This document shows positions 28,990-40,096 of a stretch of DNA of 64,000 bases, in pieces (positions within the stretch are counted from its first letter, which is position 1; each line of letters starts with the position of its first letter). Under the pieces are notes generated by a model, which worked only from the letters and a program-made list of their open reading frames with translations, did no database searches and was not told the DNA's origin. The position numbers were made by a program, and so were the translations under genes. This stretch comes from an uncultured delta proteobacterium. GTDB taxonomy: Bacteria > Desulfobacterota > Binatia > Bin18. The stretch lies in NCBI GenBank assembly GCA_963733195.1, contig CAVTCR010000074.1, forward strand, positions 106,551-170,550, in the 5' to 3' direction.

Positions 28990-30715
28990 TTAGCCACTCT
29001 TTGCTTCGAGCATTCGCCGTTTATCTGCCCAGCGTGCTTCTGCTTCTTTGTCGCCACGCTCTTTTGCCACTGCTTCCAATCCTGCATACACTCCCGGAGA
29101 GTTTGGCATCAACGCCGCAGCCTGTTGGAAAAATTGCTCAGCAGTATCGATATTTTTGAGCGCCAGGTTGACCCAACTGAGGAGATAGATGACACGAGGA
29201 TTGCGCGGCGCAATTTGTTGCGCCTGAGACGCATAGTGAAAGGCTTGGCCGTAGTGGCCACTCTCAAAAGCGAGTTCTCCCAACCCAACAACGGCACCAG
29301 AGTGTTGAGGAGTAATGGCAAGTGTCTCCGCGAATTCGCGTGCAGCATCGGAGAATCGTTTTTGCCTTTTGTATACACCAGCGAGGTTATAGTGTCCCCG
29401 TGCGCTTTGCGGTGCGGTCCGAGTCACGACCGACCAAAAAGTTTCTTCGTTTACCCAATCACGATTGCGTACAATCGTCCTTAAGACTGCTCCTGTCAGC
29501 AGTGCCAGCACGAGTCCATACGCCGTTGCAGCTCGTATGCGTTCCCATCCTTGTCTCTTCGCTAGCCCTACACCACACAGCGCATCAAGCAGCACTCCGA
29601 CGATTAAACAAAAACCAAACAACGGAACATAGAGATAATGTTCAGCAACGATCTCTTTGATAGGAATAATATGCGAGAGCGGAAGAATGCTCACCAGCAT
29701 CCACAACCCGCCATACCCACAGAGTGGAAACCTGCGCGCGAGCAGCGTCAAGCCGCCAGCAATACTCACAAGGATACCGAGAGCAAGCAACACGTCGGGT
29801 TGAGCGAATGAGGATGAGGCCGGAAAAGCATTGTACGAGTAATCGGCAAGGAGCGTACGTGGAAACACCATCAGACTCAGATCGTGGACCCAGATCCGCG
29901 CGACTGTGGCAAAATTCCCTTCGAGGCTCCCTCCGTACCACACCGAATTTCGAATGGTTGCCAAAAGGATCGCGCCGGAAAAATGCCACAACACTGCGCC
30001 CCCTAAAAGCAAGACGAAGAAATAGACTGCCCAACGCCGGCGGAGGGAGGCAACAACGCCTTCGTGCTGAACATCGTAGAGCCAGCACAGAAGGGGAAGG
30101 ACGATCGCGCTTTCTTTACTAAGAATCCCGAGCCCATACGCAACACACGACAACAACAGCCAGCCATAACGCCACCCGCTCGCACCCTCTGCGGCCCGAA
30201 AACGTAAGTAGGCCCACAGGCCGCAAAAGACACAGAGTCCGCCGAGGATATCGCGCCGACCGGAAATGTACGTAACCGCATCGGTCAGTACAGGATGCAG
30301 CGCCCACAAGGCAGCAACAAACACGGCAGGACGCCACCGCCATTCGTTCTCAGGAATCACTGTCGTCGGCTGCGATTGCGTGCCCGATCTAGAGTTGGTT
30401 AGTCGGAGGGTAATAAAAAAGACGAAACAGGCAGAGAGCCAGTGATAGAAAAGATTGCTCAGGTGCAGCACCCACGGCTGCATCCCACCCACGCGCACAT
30501 CGACGATGTAGGACAGATTACGAAACGGCCGATAGCCGAGAGATGTCGGTGACATGAGAAAGTGCGACAATGGACTGCGAACTCTGCACCACCGGATTCT
30601 CTACGACTAACATGTAGTCATCAAAAACAAACTCATTGCTCAGGGCATTGTAATAAGCAGCACCAATCGCCGCGGCAAGCACGAGACACACCAACAACTT
30701 CTTCATCACCTCCAC
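28990..30715 (-). CDS. TMTC-like GT-C membrane glycosyltransferase with C-terminal TPRs; frameshift near 30560
   Basis: FVFDD (ORF 30518..30715) + GYRP, LHPVLTDAVTYISGR, LSKESA, AEHYLYVP, RNRDW, TPR helices. Confidence 0.82.
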
Positions 30716-30737
30716 CTCTCATGAATGGGCGACACGA

Positions 30738-33089
30738 CTAGCGCGCCTCTGACTTATCCGGCAGTGAAGGCTGGTTCTGGCCCCCAGGAGTCGGAATCGC
30801 CGATTCATCAACCTGCAGACGCACCTTCGGTTTCTGTATCCGACCGAGAAGCCCCTTGAGTCCCTGGATACGTTGCTCGAATTCCTCTGTGACCGATCGC
30901 GCCTCTTGGCGGTTACGAATCACATGTGGGGTAATCAGGATGATTAACTCCGTCCGATCGACCCGGTCGCTTTCCGTACGAAAGATCCGGCCAAGCACGG
31001 GTACCTCCATCAAGAATGGGACACCCCTGCGAATCCGCCGGATTTGATCGTCAATAATGCCACCAATGAGTACCGACTCTCCATTCTGCACGACTACAGT
31101 CGTCTCCGTTTCGCGCGAGGTGAAGCTCGGCGAGTTGGTATTGCCAAATATGGCATCTCCTACCGCACTGACTTCTTGGCGAATTTCCATATTCACCAGG
31201 CCAGCCGAGTTGATCTGCGGCATAATCGTCAAAATCTTCCCGGTATCGCGATACTGAATGCTGTTTGAGACGAATGGGTCCGACGAGTTAAGATTCGTTG
31301 ACGTCGAGGTTAAGATTGGTATTTCCTCACCAATCAGAATATGGGCTTCTCGATTATCTGCTGCAATTACATGTGGCGTGGCAAGACTTCTCACGTTCGA
31401 GCGGGCCGCTAAGGCATTAATGAGTACCAAAAAAGTGTCACGGTCAGTAATGAACGAAAACAGTCCGCCCCCGCCTATTTTCGCCGCTCGTTTTGCAGAA
31501 TCGAGAAGCGCATTGTCAGAGATTAACCTCGACGTCGCCCCAGGGGTGGTGGTTGTACCATCTCCATCATCATGTCCCTGTCCCAAGGAGCTTGATCAAT
31601 ACCGCCGTTGGCAAGTGCCCATTCTACCCCAAACTCAAGGTTGTCTCCAAGACCTATCTCGGCAATGATCGTCTCGATCAGTACCTGTCGGGGCACGACA
31701 TCAATCTGACGCAGCACTTCCTTGATCATGCTGTAGTCTCGTGCCGTCGCAAGCACAACGAGTGAGTTTGTACTCTCGTCGGCGACGATACGGACTTCTT
31801 CCTTAAAGATCGGCTTTTCGCCTTCTTTGGGTGCAATGAGAATCGTTTGGGACCCACCACCTATCGCCCCACCACCGGGACCTCCGCCACGGCTACCACT
31901 GCGGCCCCCCTGCCACCCCCTAATCCACTACTGCTTCCGCCACCTAATCCACTACTGCTAGTCCGCCACTACTCTCCCACGGCTGCTGCGCCCGCCGAAT
32001 CCCCCTGACCCTGACCGCGTGCTCCCAGTCGACCCGCTCAGCCCTGTCTCTCCCAATCCAACCACCAATACCTCCCGCTGTACCTTGCTGGGCGCCTCTC
32101 CGGCCACTACTTCCCCCACCTCCCCCTTCAGCGCCGTAGAGCTGTCCAAGTACTTCGGCCAGGTCCACCGCTTTCGTATTCTCAACCGCATACACATGCA
32201 CGGTTCGCCCACCACCTTTTTCCGGCGGTACGTCAAGCACTTTGACCCACTTCCGTACTTCTGCGAGGATCTCTTTGTTAAATGCGATAACGACTATGGA
32301 ATTCAACCGGGTCATTGGAATAACAAAAACGCCGCGTTCATTCGCTGCTTTTGGTGTTACCCCATACGGTTCAAGCACGCCTTTAAGTTCGTCTCCGAGA
32401 TCTTCAACATTTGCGTTCTCGATGCGAAACACCTCTGGATACAAATTACGAAACATGTCGATATCAAACATCCGCGCGAGCTCTTTGAGACGCCCCACAT
32501 TTGATGCGATGTCAGAGATAATCACTAAGTTCGCCCGCGGATAGGCAATCACATCTCCGCCTGGAGAAACAAAAGGTTGCAGGACTTTTGCCATTTCTTC
32601 AGCTGCCAAGTGATCGACTTTCATCAGCTCTATGACAAATCGGTCCTCAGCATTCGCAGCGCGTTGCTCAGTTGCCGTATCAGTCACTTCGGCTCGTGTT
32701 TTCCCCTCACCGACCGGGGCGATTTGATAGAGATTCCCCACTTTGACAGCGGCAATACCATTCGCACGTAAAATTTGATGGAAGATCGGAAAGAGATCCC
32801 GACCTGCGATACGTCCACTGGTGCGAATAGTGACTTGCCCTTGCACTCGAGGATCAATGGTGTAGCTAATCCCCAGCGCAGTGGCGAGGCTGTGGATGAC
32901 CTCGCGGATATCCGCTCCTTCAAAGTTCAGCACAACCGCTTCGTCTCCACTTGTCGCTTCACGTCCAGCCGCGGGAGGCGCTGGTGGAGGCGCTGGAGCA
33001 GCTTCCCCTTCTTGGGCCATCACTCGAGTTCCCTGTATAAGCCAAGCGATGGCAATAGCAATCAGCGGTATCAACCTCTTACCCCTCAT
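30738..33089 (-). CDS. gspD: Type II secretion secretin; frameshifts in the Gly/Ser-rich linker region
   Basis: LNFEGADIREVI N0, N-domains, QVLIETIIAEI, GVPFLMEVPVLGRIF, RTELIILITPHVI spread over ORFs 31944..33089, 31523..31756, 30738..31586. Confidence 0.9.
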
Positions 33090-33128
33090 GTCTCTGTTCC
33101 TTTTGTTCCTCTCTCCAGTCTCTTGGCT

Positions 33129-33947
33129 TTACTCGCCATCTTCTTCTTCTTCTTCTTCCTCATTGTCGTCGCCTTCTGGGTTGGAATTCTCTCCCTGAGC
33201 CGCTGCTTCCTCGCGTGCAGCTCTGCGACGAATCCGACGTAAGCGCTGTTGCATTCTTTGAATATTGTCGCGCAATGCTTGCGCCTCTTCCGGTGCAGCT
33301 TGGGCAACGGCGGCTTGCTGGTTTGGATCAGCATCAGGCGCCTGAAGGACTCGCCCAGCTGGTGGCCCAGGACGGCCCACCCTTGCGTTGGGCTGCACAA
33401 CATTAGGGATGAGTCTTGGGGCTTGTTGCGAGGTTGCACTATCGAGAATCCGCAGTTGAAGAGGAACCACTTCTCCTCCTGCCCCAAGTGACAACTTCAC
33501 CTCAGCCGCTGTCACCTGCAAGAGTTGATATTGCCCGATCGAGTCCCCTTGTTTCACACGGATAACTTTGTTTCCTTGCGAGGTATCCGAAAGGAACGCC
33601 TCAGCGCGGGAACGGGTAAGGACGATCCCCACGAGTTTCAAGTGTGCAGGCGGATCAATTTTCTTGGGACCTTCGTCTGTTGTGACAGGGGCTGGGGTCT
33701 CCCCCCGAGCAGGGGAGAACAAGTCATTCTGCGCAATCGTCGCCACATAGGCGCTCATGGCATCAGGTGTAAGAGTTGGGAGGGGCCCTCCGGCCTCCGA
33801 GAGAGCGGGTGGAGCATTCGTCGTCTCTATCGGGGGCGTGGGTAACGAACGCCGCCATGTGGCAACGATCTTTCCACAGAGCATGAGAATGACTACTACT
33901 AACACTACGTGCAGAAGAGTACGAATACGCATGAGAATGCCACCCAA
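33129..33947 (-). CDS. T2SS inner-membrane accessory protein (GspC/GspN/PilP-like)
   Basis: N-terminal TM, Pro-rich linker, NDLFSPAR, LKLVGIV..AFL..VKQGDSI; located between gspM and gspD. Confidence 0.65.
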   Translation of the reverse strand: MGGILMRIRTLLHVVLVVVILMLCGKIVATWRRSLPTPPIETTNAPPALSEAGGPLPTLTPDAMSAYVATIAQNDLFSPARGETPAPVTTDEGPKKIDPPAHLKLVGIVLTRSRAEAFLSDTSQGNKVIRVKQGDSIGQYQLLQVTAAEVKLSLGAGGEVVPLQLRILDSATSQQAPRLIPNVVQPNARVGRPGPPAGRVLQAPDADPNQQAAVAQAAPEEAQALRDNIQRMQQRLRRIRRRAAREEAAAQGENSNPEGDDNEEEEEEEDGE

Positions 33948-34517
33948 TTACGACGGGGGCCCTCCTTGCATGATGCCACTGACCTCGAGAGTAACCGTCA
34001 ACGGGTTCGGCTTCGGCGCCCCGGCTTGCTGCATTCCAGCTATACGAATGTTATACGTTCCTCGGACTTCCAATGAAGAGACCATCAGTCGCCAGTCGCC
34101 ATATTCAACAGCAGACACAAAGCGCCCTAACTCTGGCAAGCCTCCACGCAGAGTCATTTGCACGGTGGTCTTACGAAATTCACCTGCCGGTTCATCACGG
34201 AGTGACACCGTTGTCAGCACGTCAAGCCCACTACTGCGGGCAAGATTTTGTAATCGGTCCTGAAGTTGCGACGCCGCTAACGCAGGGGTTCCCCCAGGAA
34301 TGAGATGTTGTCGAACATCCTGCACACGTTGGCGGAGTTGCGTCACTTGTTGTTCAATCTGTGGACCGCGATCGCGCTGACGCTCCATCTTCGCAACAAA
34401 GCTTGCTTGTTGCGCGATCTCATTCTCTAATTCTTCTGTATAGGCGCGATAGGGTTTGACAATTCCGTACACGAAAATGACCAATAGCAAGGCAGCCCCG
34501 GCAATCCCAAGCAGCAA
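33948..34517 (-). CDS. gspM: T2SS protein M (GspM/PilO-like)
   Basis: TM + coiled coil + LAASQLQDRLQ ferredoxin-like domain; synteny. Confidence 0.75.
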   Translation of the reverse strand: MLLGIAGAALLLVIFVYGIVKPYRAYTEELENEIAQQASFVAKMERQRDRGPQIEQQVTQLRQRVQDVRQHLIPGGTPALAASQLQDRLQNLARSSGLDVLTTVSLRDEPAGEFRKTTVQMTLRGGLPELGRFVSAVEYGDWRLMVSSLEVRGTYNIRIAGMQQAGAPKPNPLTVTLEVSGIMQGGPPS

Positions 34518-34553
34518 CTCGTTCCCGTGGTGCGCGCCCCTGCCACAGTTGTT

Positions 34554-35969
34554 TTATTCTTTGCATAGTTCTGTCTTTGCCCCCAGAGTGAAGGTCTCCC
34601 CTTGTGGAGTTGTCGTGAAAGGCGCCTTTGCCGTCACGTCCCGGAAGCAGGGAGAGTTTTCGAGTTGGGCAATGAGGTCAGCGGCAGACTGTGACCCAAG
34701 CCCACTCATTTCGACATCCCCTTCTTTGTAACGAAGATGGTTCAGATAATATTCCTTCGGGAAAAGTTCTGAGAGGGTTTTCACCACTGGAATCACTTTT
34801 TGTCGTGCCGTTCCATCGAGCAGTTGTAGTTGTTTTTGTAACTTAGAGATTTCTTCTTCCTGAGTTTGAACTTGCTGGACCGGAGCTTCGAGCGCGGCAC
34901 GCTGACGGGCGAGGTCTCTAAGGACACGGTGTTGCTGAAAAACAGAAACCACAGTCCATAGAATGCCGAGCATGCCGATTGTTCCCACCAACACCAGTGT
35001 CAACGGAGAGAGTCGTTTTTCCCGCCGGGCTCGCCGCTCCTCAGGGAGCAAATTAATTCCTCCATTTCCTTCACCAATCGCTTGCAACGCTGCCCCTACA
35101 GCCGGAAGTGCAGGAGGCGGAAGCACGTCACCATCGCTTAACCCGAACTGTGTCGTCGCCAGTGCTTGCAAGTCGTGGTCAACACTCACAGTGAAGGGTA
35201 AAAAAGGGGCAGCAAAACACGAGAAGAGAGGGGTCTCTGCCGGAGAAGCCCCAGGAAAACTTCTGGTGATTACTTGTGCTACCAACTCGTCAAGCTCTTC
35301 TTTGCCAATCTCTGTAGCAATCGGAATCACTTGACTGGCCAGTAATCGCTTTCCCTTGATGCTATTCATCTCCATCGAGTCTGCTTCAGGAACAAGAAGG
35401 AGACGTGGCCCCGCAGTTGGGTCTCCGCAAAACGCGAGGGTGCTCGTCAAGGCCGAACAACTGAGCGTCACCATTTGTAGGCGTAACTGCGCTTGCAGCA
35501 AAATCCCGAGATACTCTTCAACTTCTTGACGAGAAAGACCAAAGACCGTCACTTCGATGCGCTTCTCCTCGTGGCCAACATCCGAGGTTAGATAGTCGTA
35601 ATACAAATCTTCTTTTGGGAAGGGGAACAGTTGATCAACCTGATAGCCAATGACTTCGTGGATCACATCGCGAGCACTTTCTGGAACGACGATACGACTG
35701 ACATACGCCGTACGGCGCGGCAATGAGAGTACCGCTTGATCAGGAGTGGTGTCGATGTCTTGTAAAAAACCATTGAGCGCGTGATCGAACTCATCAAGTC
35801 GCTCGCGGCCCGCCTCCGGCAGCGGCACAGTACGGGCATGACGTAACGAAACGTTCATAAATCGTTTCATCACGTGTACGAAGCTGACATTATGCGTCCC
35901 TACCGCGATACCGACCCCGTGGAGAAAGTCGGCTTTCATCAGCCGCTGGAGAGTTGTATTTAGCTCCAT
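34554..35969 (-). CDS. gspL: T2SS protein L (PilM/PilN-like fusion)
   Basis: Actin-like cytoplasmic part (FPFPKEDLYYDY), INLLP motif, TM, PilN domain (LENSPCF). Confidence 0.8.
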   Translation of the reverse strand: MELNTTLQRLMKADFLHGVGIAVGTHNVSFVHVMKRFMNVSLRHARTVPLPEAGRERLDEFDHALNGFLQDIDTTPDQAVLSLPRRTAYVSRIVVPESARDVIHEVIGYQVDQLFPFPKEDLYYDYLTSDVGHEEKRIEVTVFGLSRQEVEEYLGILLQAQLRLQMVTLSCSALTSTLAFCGDPTAGPRLLLVPEADSMEMNSIKGKRLLASQVIPIATEIGKEELDELVAQVITRSFPGASPAETPLFSCFAAPFLPFTVSVDHDLQALATTQFGLSDGDVLPPPALPAVGAALQAIGEGNGGINLLPEERRARREKRLSPLTLVLVGTIGMLGILWTVVSVFQQHRVLRDLARQRAALEAPVQQVQTQEEEISKLQKQLQLLDGTARQKVIPVVKTLSELFPKEYYLNHLRYKEGDVEMSGLGSQSAADLIAQLENSPCFRDVTAKAPFTTTPQGETFTLGAKTELCKE

Positions 35970-36005
35970 GCTACTTCCATATTGCGGTTGCGGTTTAGGT
36001 GCGCA

Positions 36006-36422
36006 TTAGAACACATCGGCATTCAGTCCATCCCCTCCCGAGACCCCATCCGCTCCATATGAAAAGAGATCGAAGACCCCTTTCTCGCCTGGGCTGCGGT
36101 ATACATACGCATTTTGCCACGGATCACGCGGGACTTCTCTATCCGCTCGCAGATAGGGGCCATCCCAACGATCCAGACCCGATGGTCGCTGGAGCAACGC
36201 CTGTAGTCCTTCTTGAGAATTCGGATAGCGACCGACATCAAGACGGAAGGCATCCAGGGCGGTCCGCAGCATCTCCATTTGCGTCTTCGCGATTTTTGGG
36301 TTCTGCTTCTCTCCTACCCCCAGCAAGTTTGGTGCAACTAATGCCGCCAACAATCCCAGGATGAATACCACCACAAGAAGCTCGACGAGTGTAAACCCGG
36401 CCTGCATCACTCCTTTGTTCAT
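36006..36422 (-). CDS. gspG: T2SS major pseudopilin
   Basis: GFTLVELLVV prepilin site, ALDAFRLDVGRYP, WDGPYL, DPWQNAY, SYGADG. Confidence 0.95.
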   Translation of the reverse strand: MNKGVMQAGFTLVELLVVVFILGLLAALVAPNLLGVGEKQNPKIAKTQMEMLRTALDAFRLDVGRYPNSQEGLQALLQRPSGLDRWDGPYLRADREVPRDPWQNAYVYRSPGEKGVFDLFSYGADGVSGGDGLNADVF

Positions 36423-36447
36423 AACCTTCCTCGCAGAATAGCGATTG

Positions 36448-37686
36448 CTAGAAACCCGCTTGGTTAATACTAAAAATCCCTTGTAACAAGCCAATAACGA
36501 CAAAGCCGACAACGAGTCCCATCCCAAGGATAAGTGCCGGCTCTACCAAGGACACTAACTGTTTTAGTTGCGTATTCGTCTCCTTCTCGTAATACTCCGC
36601 CGTCCGCATCAACATTTCATCAAGCCGTCCAGTTTCTTCACCGACACTCACCATTTGTAACGCCAGTGTAGGAAACGCGCCACTGCGCCCCAATGGCCCA
36701 CTAATCCCTTGCCCTTCTCGTACGCCGCTTCGCACCTCTTTCAATGCGCTGCTGATCACTTGATTACTGACGACCGCTTCGACAACCTCAAGGGCCTGGA
36801 GTAAAGGGACTCCACTCTTCAGAAGAGTGCCTAAAGTCCGCGCAAAGCGTGCGACTTCTCGCTTGCGAATTAAGTCCCCTAAAAGCAACACCCGGAGTCG
36901 CCAACGATCCCAAGCAAACCGCCCGTGCGGGGTCGCAATATACCGATGTAAGGCCCATCCTATACTGACCACAATGAGAACTAAAACCCACCAATAGGCC
37001 TGAAACCATTCGCCTAAGTTTAATAGAAAGCGCGTCAGCACTGGGAGTGCAGGCCCCATGTCTTTGAAAATTCCTGCAAACTTCGGCAGAACGTACGTAA
37101 ACATAAAGAATACGGACGAGCCACCGACAAAAACCAACATTGCGGGATACGCCAGTGCTGCTTTGATTTGCTCTTGCACCTCCTGAGAACGTTCAAGATA
37201 TTCAGCAAGTCGCTGGAGCACGGTGTCCAGAAATCCGCCAATTTCTCCAGCCTTGACCATATTGACGTACAAAGGGGGAAAAATCTTCGGATATTCTGCT
37301 AACGATTCTGACAACGACTTCCCTTGCTGCACTGTGCGCAAGATTTGGGCAGTCGCTTGCTTGAGCTCTTCTTTCTCAGTGAGGCCAGTCAATACCGACA
37401 ATGCGCGGTCGAGCGGTAATCCTGACGAGATGAGCGTTGCTAATTCACGAGTAAAGATTTGTAGATCCTTTTGTCGGACTCTTCCTCGCCAGGGCAATTG
37501 AGGAAGCGAGAGTTGGCGCTGACCAGTCAGGGGCTTCGGCTGTGTCTCTCCAGGGGGTCGGATACGAAGAGGAAGGTAGCCCTGATCGCGCAGGCGCATG
37601 ACCACTGTCCGTTCCTCACCTGCTTCCATAACGCCCTCAATCAGTTTTCCTTGTGGAGTCGTTGCTTGGTAGTGGAATTGTGCCAT
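36448..37686 (-). CDS. gspF: T2SS inner-membrane platform protein F
   Basis: FTRELATLISSGLPL, GEIGG, GEETGRLD, LVEP. Confidence 0.94.
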   Translation of the reverse strand: MAQFHYQATTPQGKLIEGVMEAGEERTVVMRLRDQGYLPLRIRPPGETQPKPLTGQRQLSLPQLPWRGRVRQKDLQIFTRELATLISSGLPLDRALSVLTGLTEKEELKQATAQILRTVQQGKSLSESLAEYPKIFPPLYVNMVKAGEIGGFLDTVLQRLAEYLERSQEVQEQIKAALAYPAMLVFVGGSSVFFMFTYVLPKFAGIFKDMGPALPVLTRFLLNLGEWFQAYWWVLVLIVVSIGWALHRYIATPHGRFAWDRWRLRVLLLGDLIRKREVARFARTLGTLLKSGVPLLQALEVVEAVVSNQVISSALKEVRSGVREGQGISGPLGRSGAFPTLALQMVSVGEETGRLDEMLMRTAEYYEKETNTQLKQLVSLVEPALILGMGLVVGFVVIGLLQGIFSINQAGF

Positions 37687-37824
37687 GGCTTCGTCCTCTT
37701 GACCTCTTTCAGCCGTACTCGTAGACCTCATGCTTGTCAATGCGCGATCTGCACCATCAGTGAGAAAACATTGTCGTCTGCTATGCGATCCTCCCTGTCG
37801 CTCGCTCTTCCCTTAGGCAAGCCA

Positions 37825-39087
37825 CTACTTCTGGTCGATTTTGTCTCGTCGATCTTTATACCGAGGAAGCACATGAGCACCAAATGTCTCAAGTTGTTTT
37901 TTCAACTCCGTTCGTGGAAGTAATCCTTGATCAAGCAGCCAAGCAAACCATTCAGGATTAGCGGCTTCTACTAGTGTATCGATCCCATCGGTTACTGCAT
38001 TCACAGAGCCAGCGTAGAGATACTGCGCTTGTCTCATCCGTTCTACCGTCCATTCCTGAGAGGGGAGCCGTTCGGTATTGGCAGGGTAATCAAGTTCATC
38101 TTCAGGAAAACGGAACGCCTCCCAAAAACCAAAGTGCCCCCAGAAGCGCTTGTAGCCAACACCAACTAAACCTTGTTCCGCCAACCGATCGGCGGCTCGG
38201 ATGGAATCCGCAAAGTAGATCTGCCGGAGGACGCCAATACGTTCACCGACCGCAAGCCAGCGCCCTGCTCGTCCAGCCTCTTCTGCATAAATTTGTGCGA
38301 TATGACGCACCTGCTTTGGTTGCGAGAGAAGAATCATCGGAGCAATATCTTCACGGGCACACCAGCGTATAGTGGTTTCACTCGTTGAGAATGCTTGGAA
38401 AAGCGGCGGATGAGGTTTCTGATATGGTTTCGGCACTACATACAGCTCTTGCAAACGACCTTCTGCATCGACTTCTCCAGGAGCACCATACTCACGTGTC
38501 CATGGATGAGCTGGCCACGCCGTTCCAGTATTGTAGGGATATGGGTATTGATAGAACTCGCCACGGAAGCGGAAGGGTTTGTCATCCCACGCTAACTTGA
38601 GCACTCGATAGACTTCTTCAAAAGCGCGGCGGTTGGCATCATCCAGCGTCGCTGGGTCACTCATCGTAGCAGTCAGTAACACCTTTTGCGCCATTTGATC
38701 GAGCCAGCGCGACTGATACCCACGAGCTAAGCCGATAAAGGAGCGGCCTTTCGTCAGTTGGTCGAGCCAAGCCGTAGTAATCGCCAGGCGTAGGGGATCC
38801 CACCCTGGAAGCACATAGCCAATCGGTCCTATCTGTATCCGTTTGGTATGCAAGGCAACATAGAGAAGAAATTCTGGCGGACCACCAACCTCGAGCCCTT
38901 CGGTATGCAGATGATGCTCAGGAAAGGCGATAGCATCAAAGCCAACCTCTTCCGCAAGTTGTGCAAGTTCGACGACCTCGTCAAACATCGCTTGCCAGCG
39001 GTCAGTTCTACTAGCAAGTGGACGGAGGCGTTTCCTCTCCGCTAAAGAGCCGGACAAGGTTGGCAGCAAAAAAAGAATGAATTTCAT
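37825..39087 (-). CDS. LLM-class flavin-dependent oxidoreductase
   Basis: PEHH, GLARGYQ, PKPYQKPHPP. Confidence 0.9.
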   Translation of the reverse strand: MKFILFLLPTLSGSLAERKRLRPLASRTDRWQAMFDEVVELAQLAEEVGFDAIAFPEHHLHTEGLEVGGPPEFLLYVALHTKRIQIGPIGYVLPGWDPLRLAITTAWLDQLTKGRSFIGLARGYQSRWLDQMAQKVLLTATMSDPATLDDANRRAFEEVYRVLKLAWDDKPFRFRGEFYQYPYPYNTGTAWPAHPWTREYGAPGEVDAEGRLQELYVVPKPYQKPHPPLFQAFSTSETTIRWCAREDIAPMILLSQPKQVRHIAQIYAEEAGRAGRWLAVGERIGVLRQIYFADSIRAADRLAEQGLVGVGYKRFWGHFGFWEAFRFPEDELDYPANTERLPSQEWTVERMRQAQYLYAGSVNAVTDGIDTLVEAANPEWFAWLLDQGLLPRTELKKQLETFGAHVLPRYKDRRDKIDQK

Positions 39088-39141
39088 GTCTCAACAGCGC
39101 GGACCTGAGATAGTATGATTGTACATGATTCTGCGGTCGCG

Positions 39142-40096
39142 TTACACCTGGACAGCTAATGCTTCAAGCACCGCTGCACATAAGAGAGGAAAGAGAATTT
39201 CATGATGGCCGGTCAAATGAAATCCACGGCCACCGTTCTGGGTCGGACGGGTAACGATGTTCGTTGCGGGTCGATAGTGCCGAATGAAGTCGAGATCGAC
39301 CGTCGTAAAGGCATTCACCACATGTCCGAGATTACGCGCTAAAGATAATGCTTTCAGAAACACTTCAGGAATAATGACGGCAGACCCAAGATTAATGAAG
39401 ACTCCTCCTTCAAGCCGCGCGATAACTGACGTCAGCAAGTGAAAGTCGCGTAAACTCCCCTCGCCAAGTGCCGCGCCGTCGACCTGGGGATGCATATGAA
39501 TGATGTCGGTCCCTACTGCGACATGCACACACGCTGGAATGTCGAGCCACGCACTCGCCGCAAGAATACTCAGATGTTCATAGGGCAGCTTTGCTACGCG
39601 AATCTGTTCGCCTACCGCGCGCCCAATCCCAAACCCATCACGAGTAACTCGAAGGCGAATCGCCTCATTGAGAAACTCTCCTGTTTCACGTGCCATGCCA
39701 AAACTGCCATCTACGAGTGCAGTCCCCACATCCTCAGAGGTTGCCCCTTGATAAGCCAACTCAAAGTCATGGATGATCCCAGCGCCGTTCATAGCAACCG
39801 CAGAGACGATACCGCGCTCAAGAAGGTCAATGATAAGGGGAGAAAGCCCAACTTTCAGTGCGTGTGCGCCCATTCCCAGCACGACTGGTCGGCCGGCACG
39901 GACCGCTGACACGATCCGCGTAACGATCTCGTGGAAATCTCCCGCAGCAAGCGCCTGCGGCAAGCTACCGCAGAAACTCCTGTAATGTTCCTCCAGGCCG
40001 CCACGGTCGTCCAAGGAGCGCGCTGGCAACCTTACTGCTGCGCTGGGCCAGTGGATAGGTTCTGACCTGTGAGAAATCGAGCGGTGGAAATTTCAC
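39142..40096 (-). CDS. Deoxyhypusine-synthase-like protein; frameshift near 39975
   Basis: GAHALKVG, NGAGIIHDFE, GTDIIH, GSAVIIPEVFLKA, GHHE; N-terminus VKFPPLDFSQVRTYPL starts at a GTG overlapping the gmhA stop. Confidence 0.75.

Noticed and set aside
31860-32130. Gly/Ser-coding repeats in gspD as a separate element
   Set aside because: Low-complexity N3-domain loop, common in secretins.
33086-33487. Poly-Lys ORF (RKKKKKK)
   Set aside because: Alternative frame of the poly-Glu tail of the GspC-like gene.
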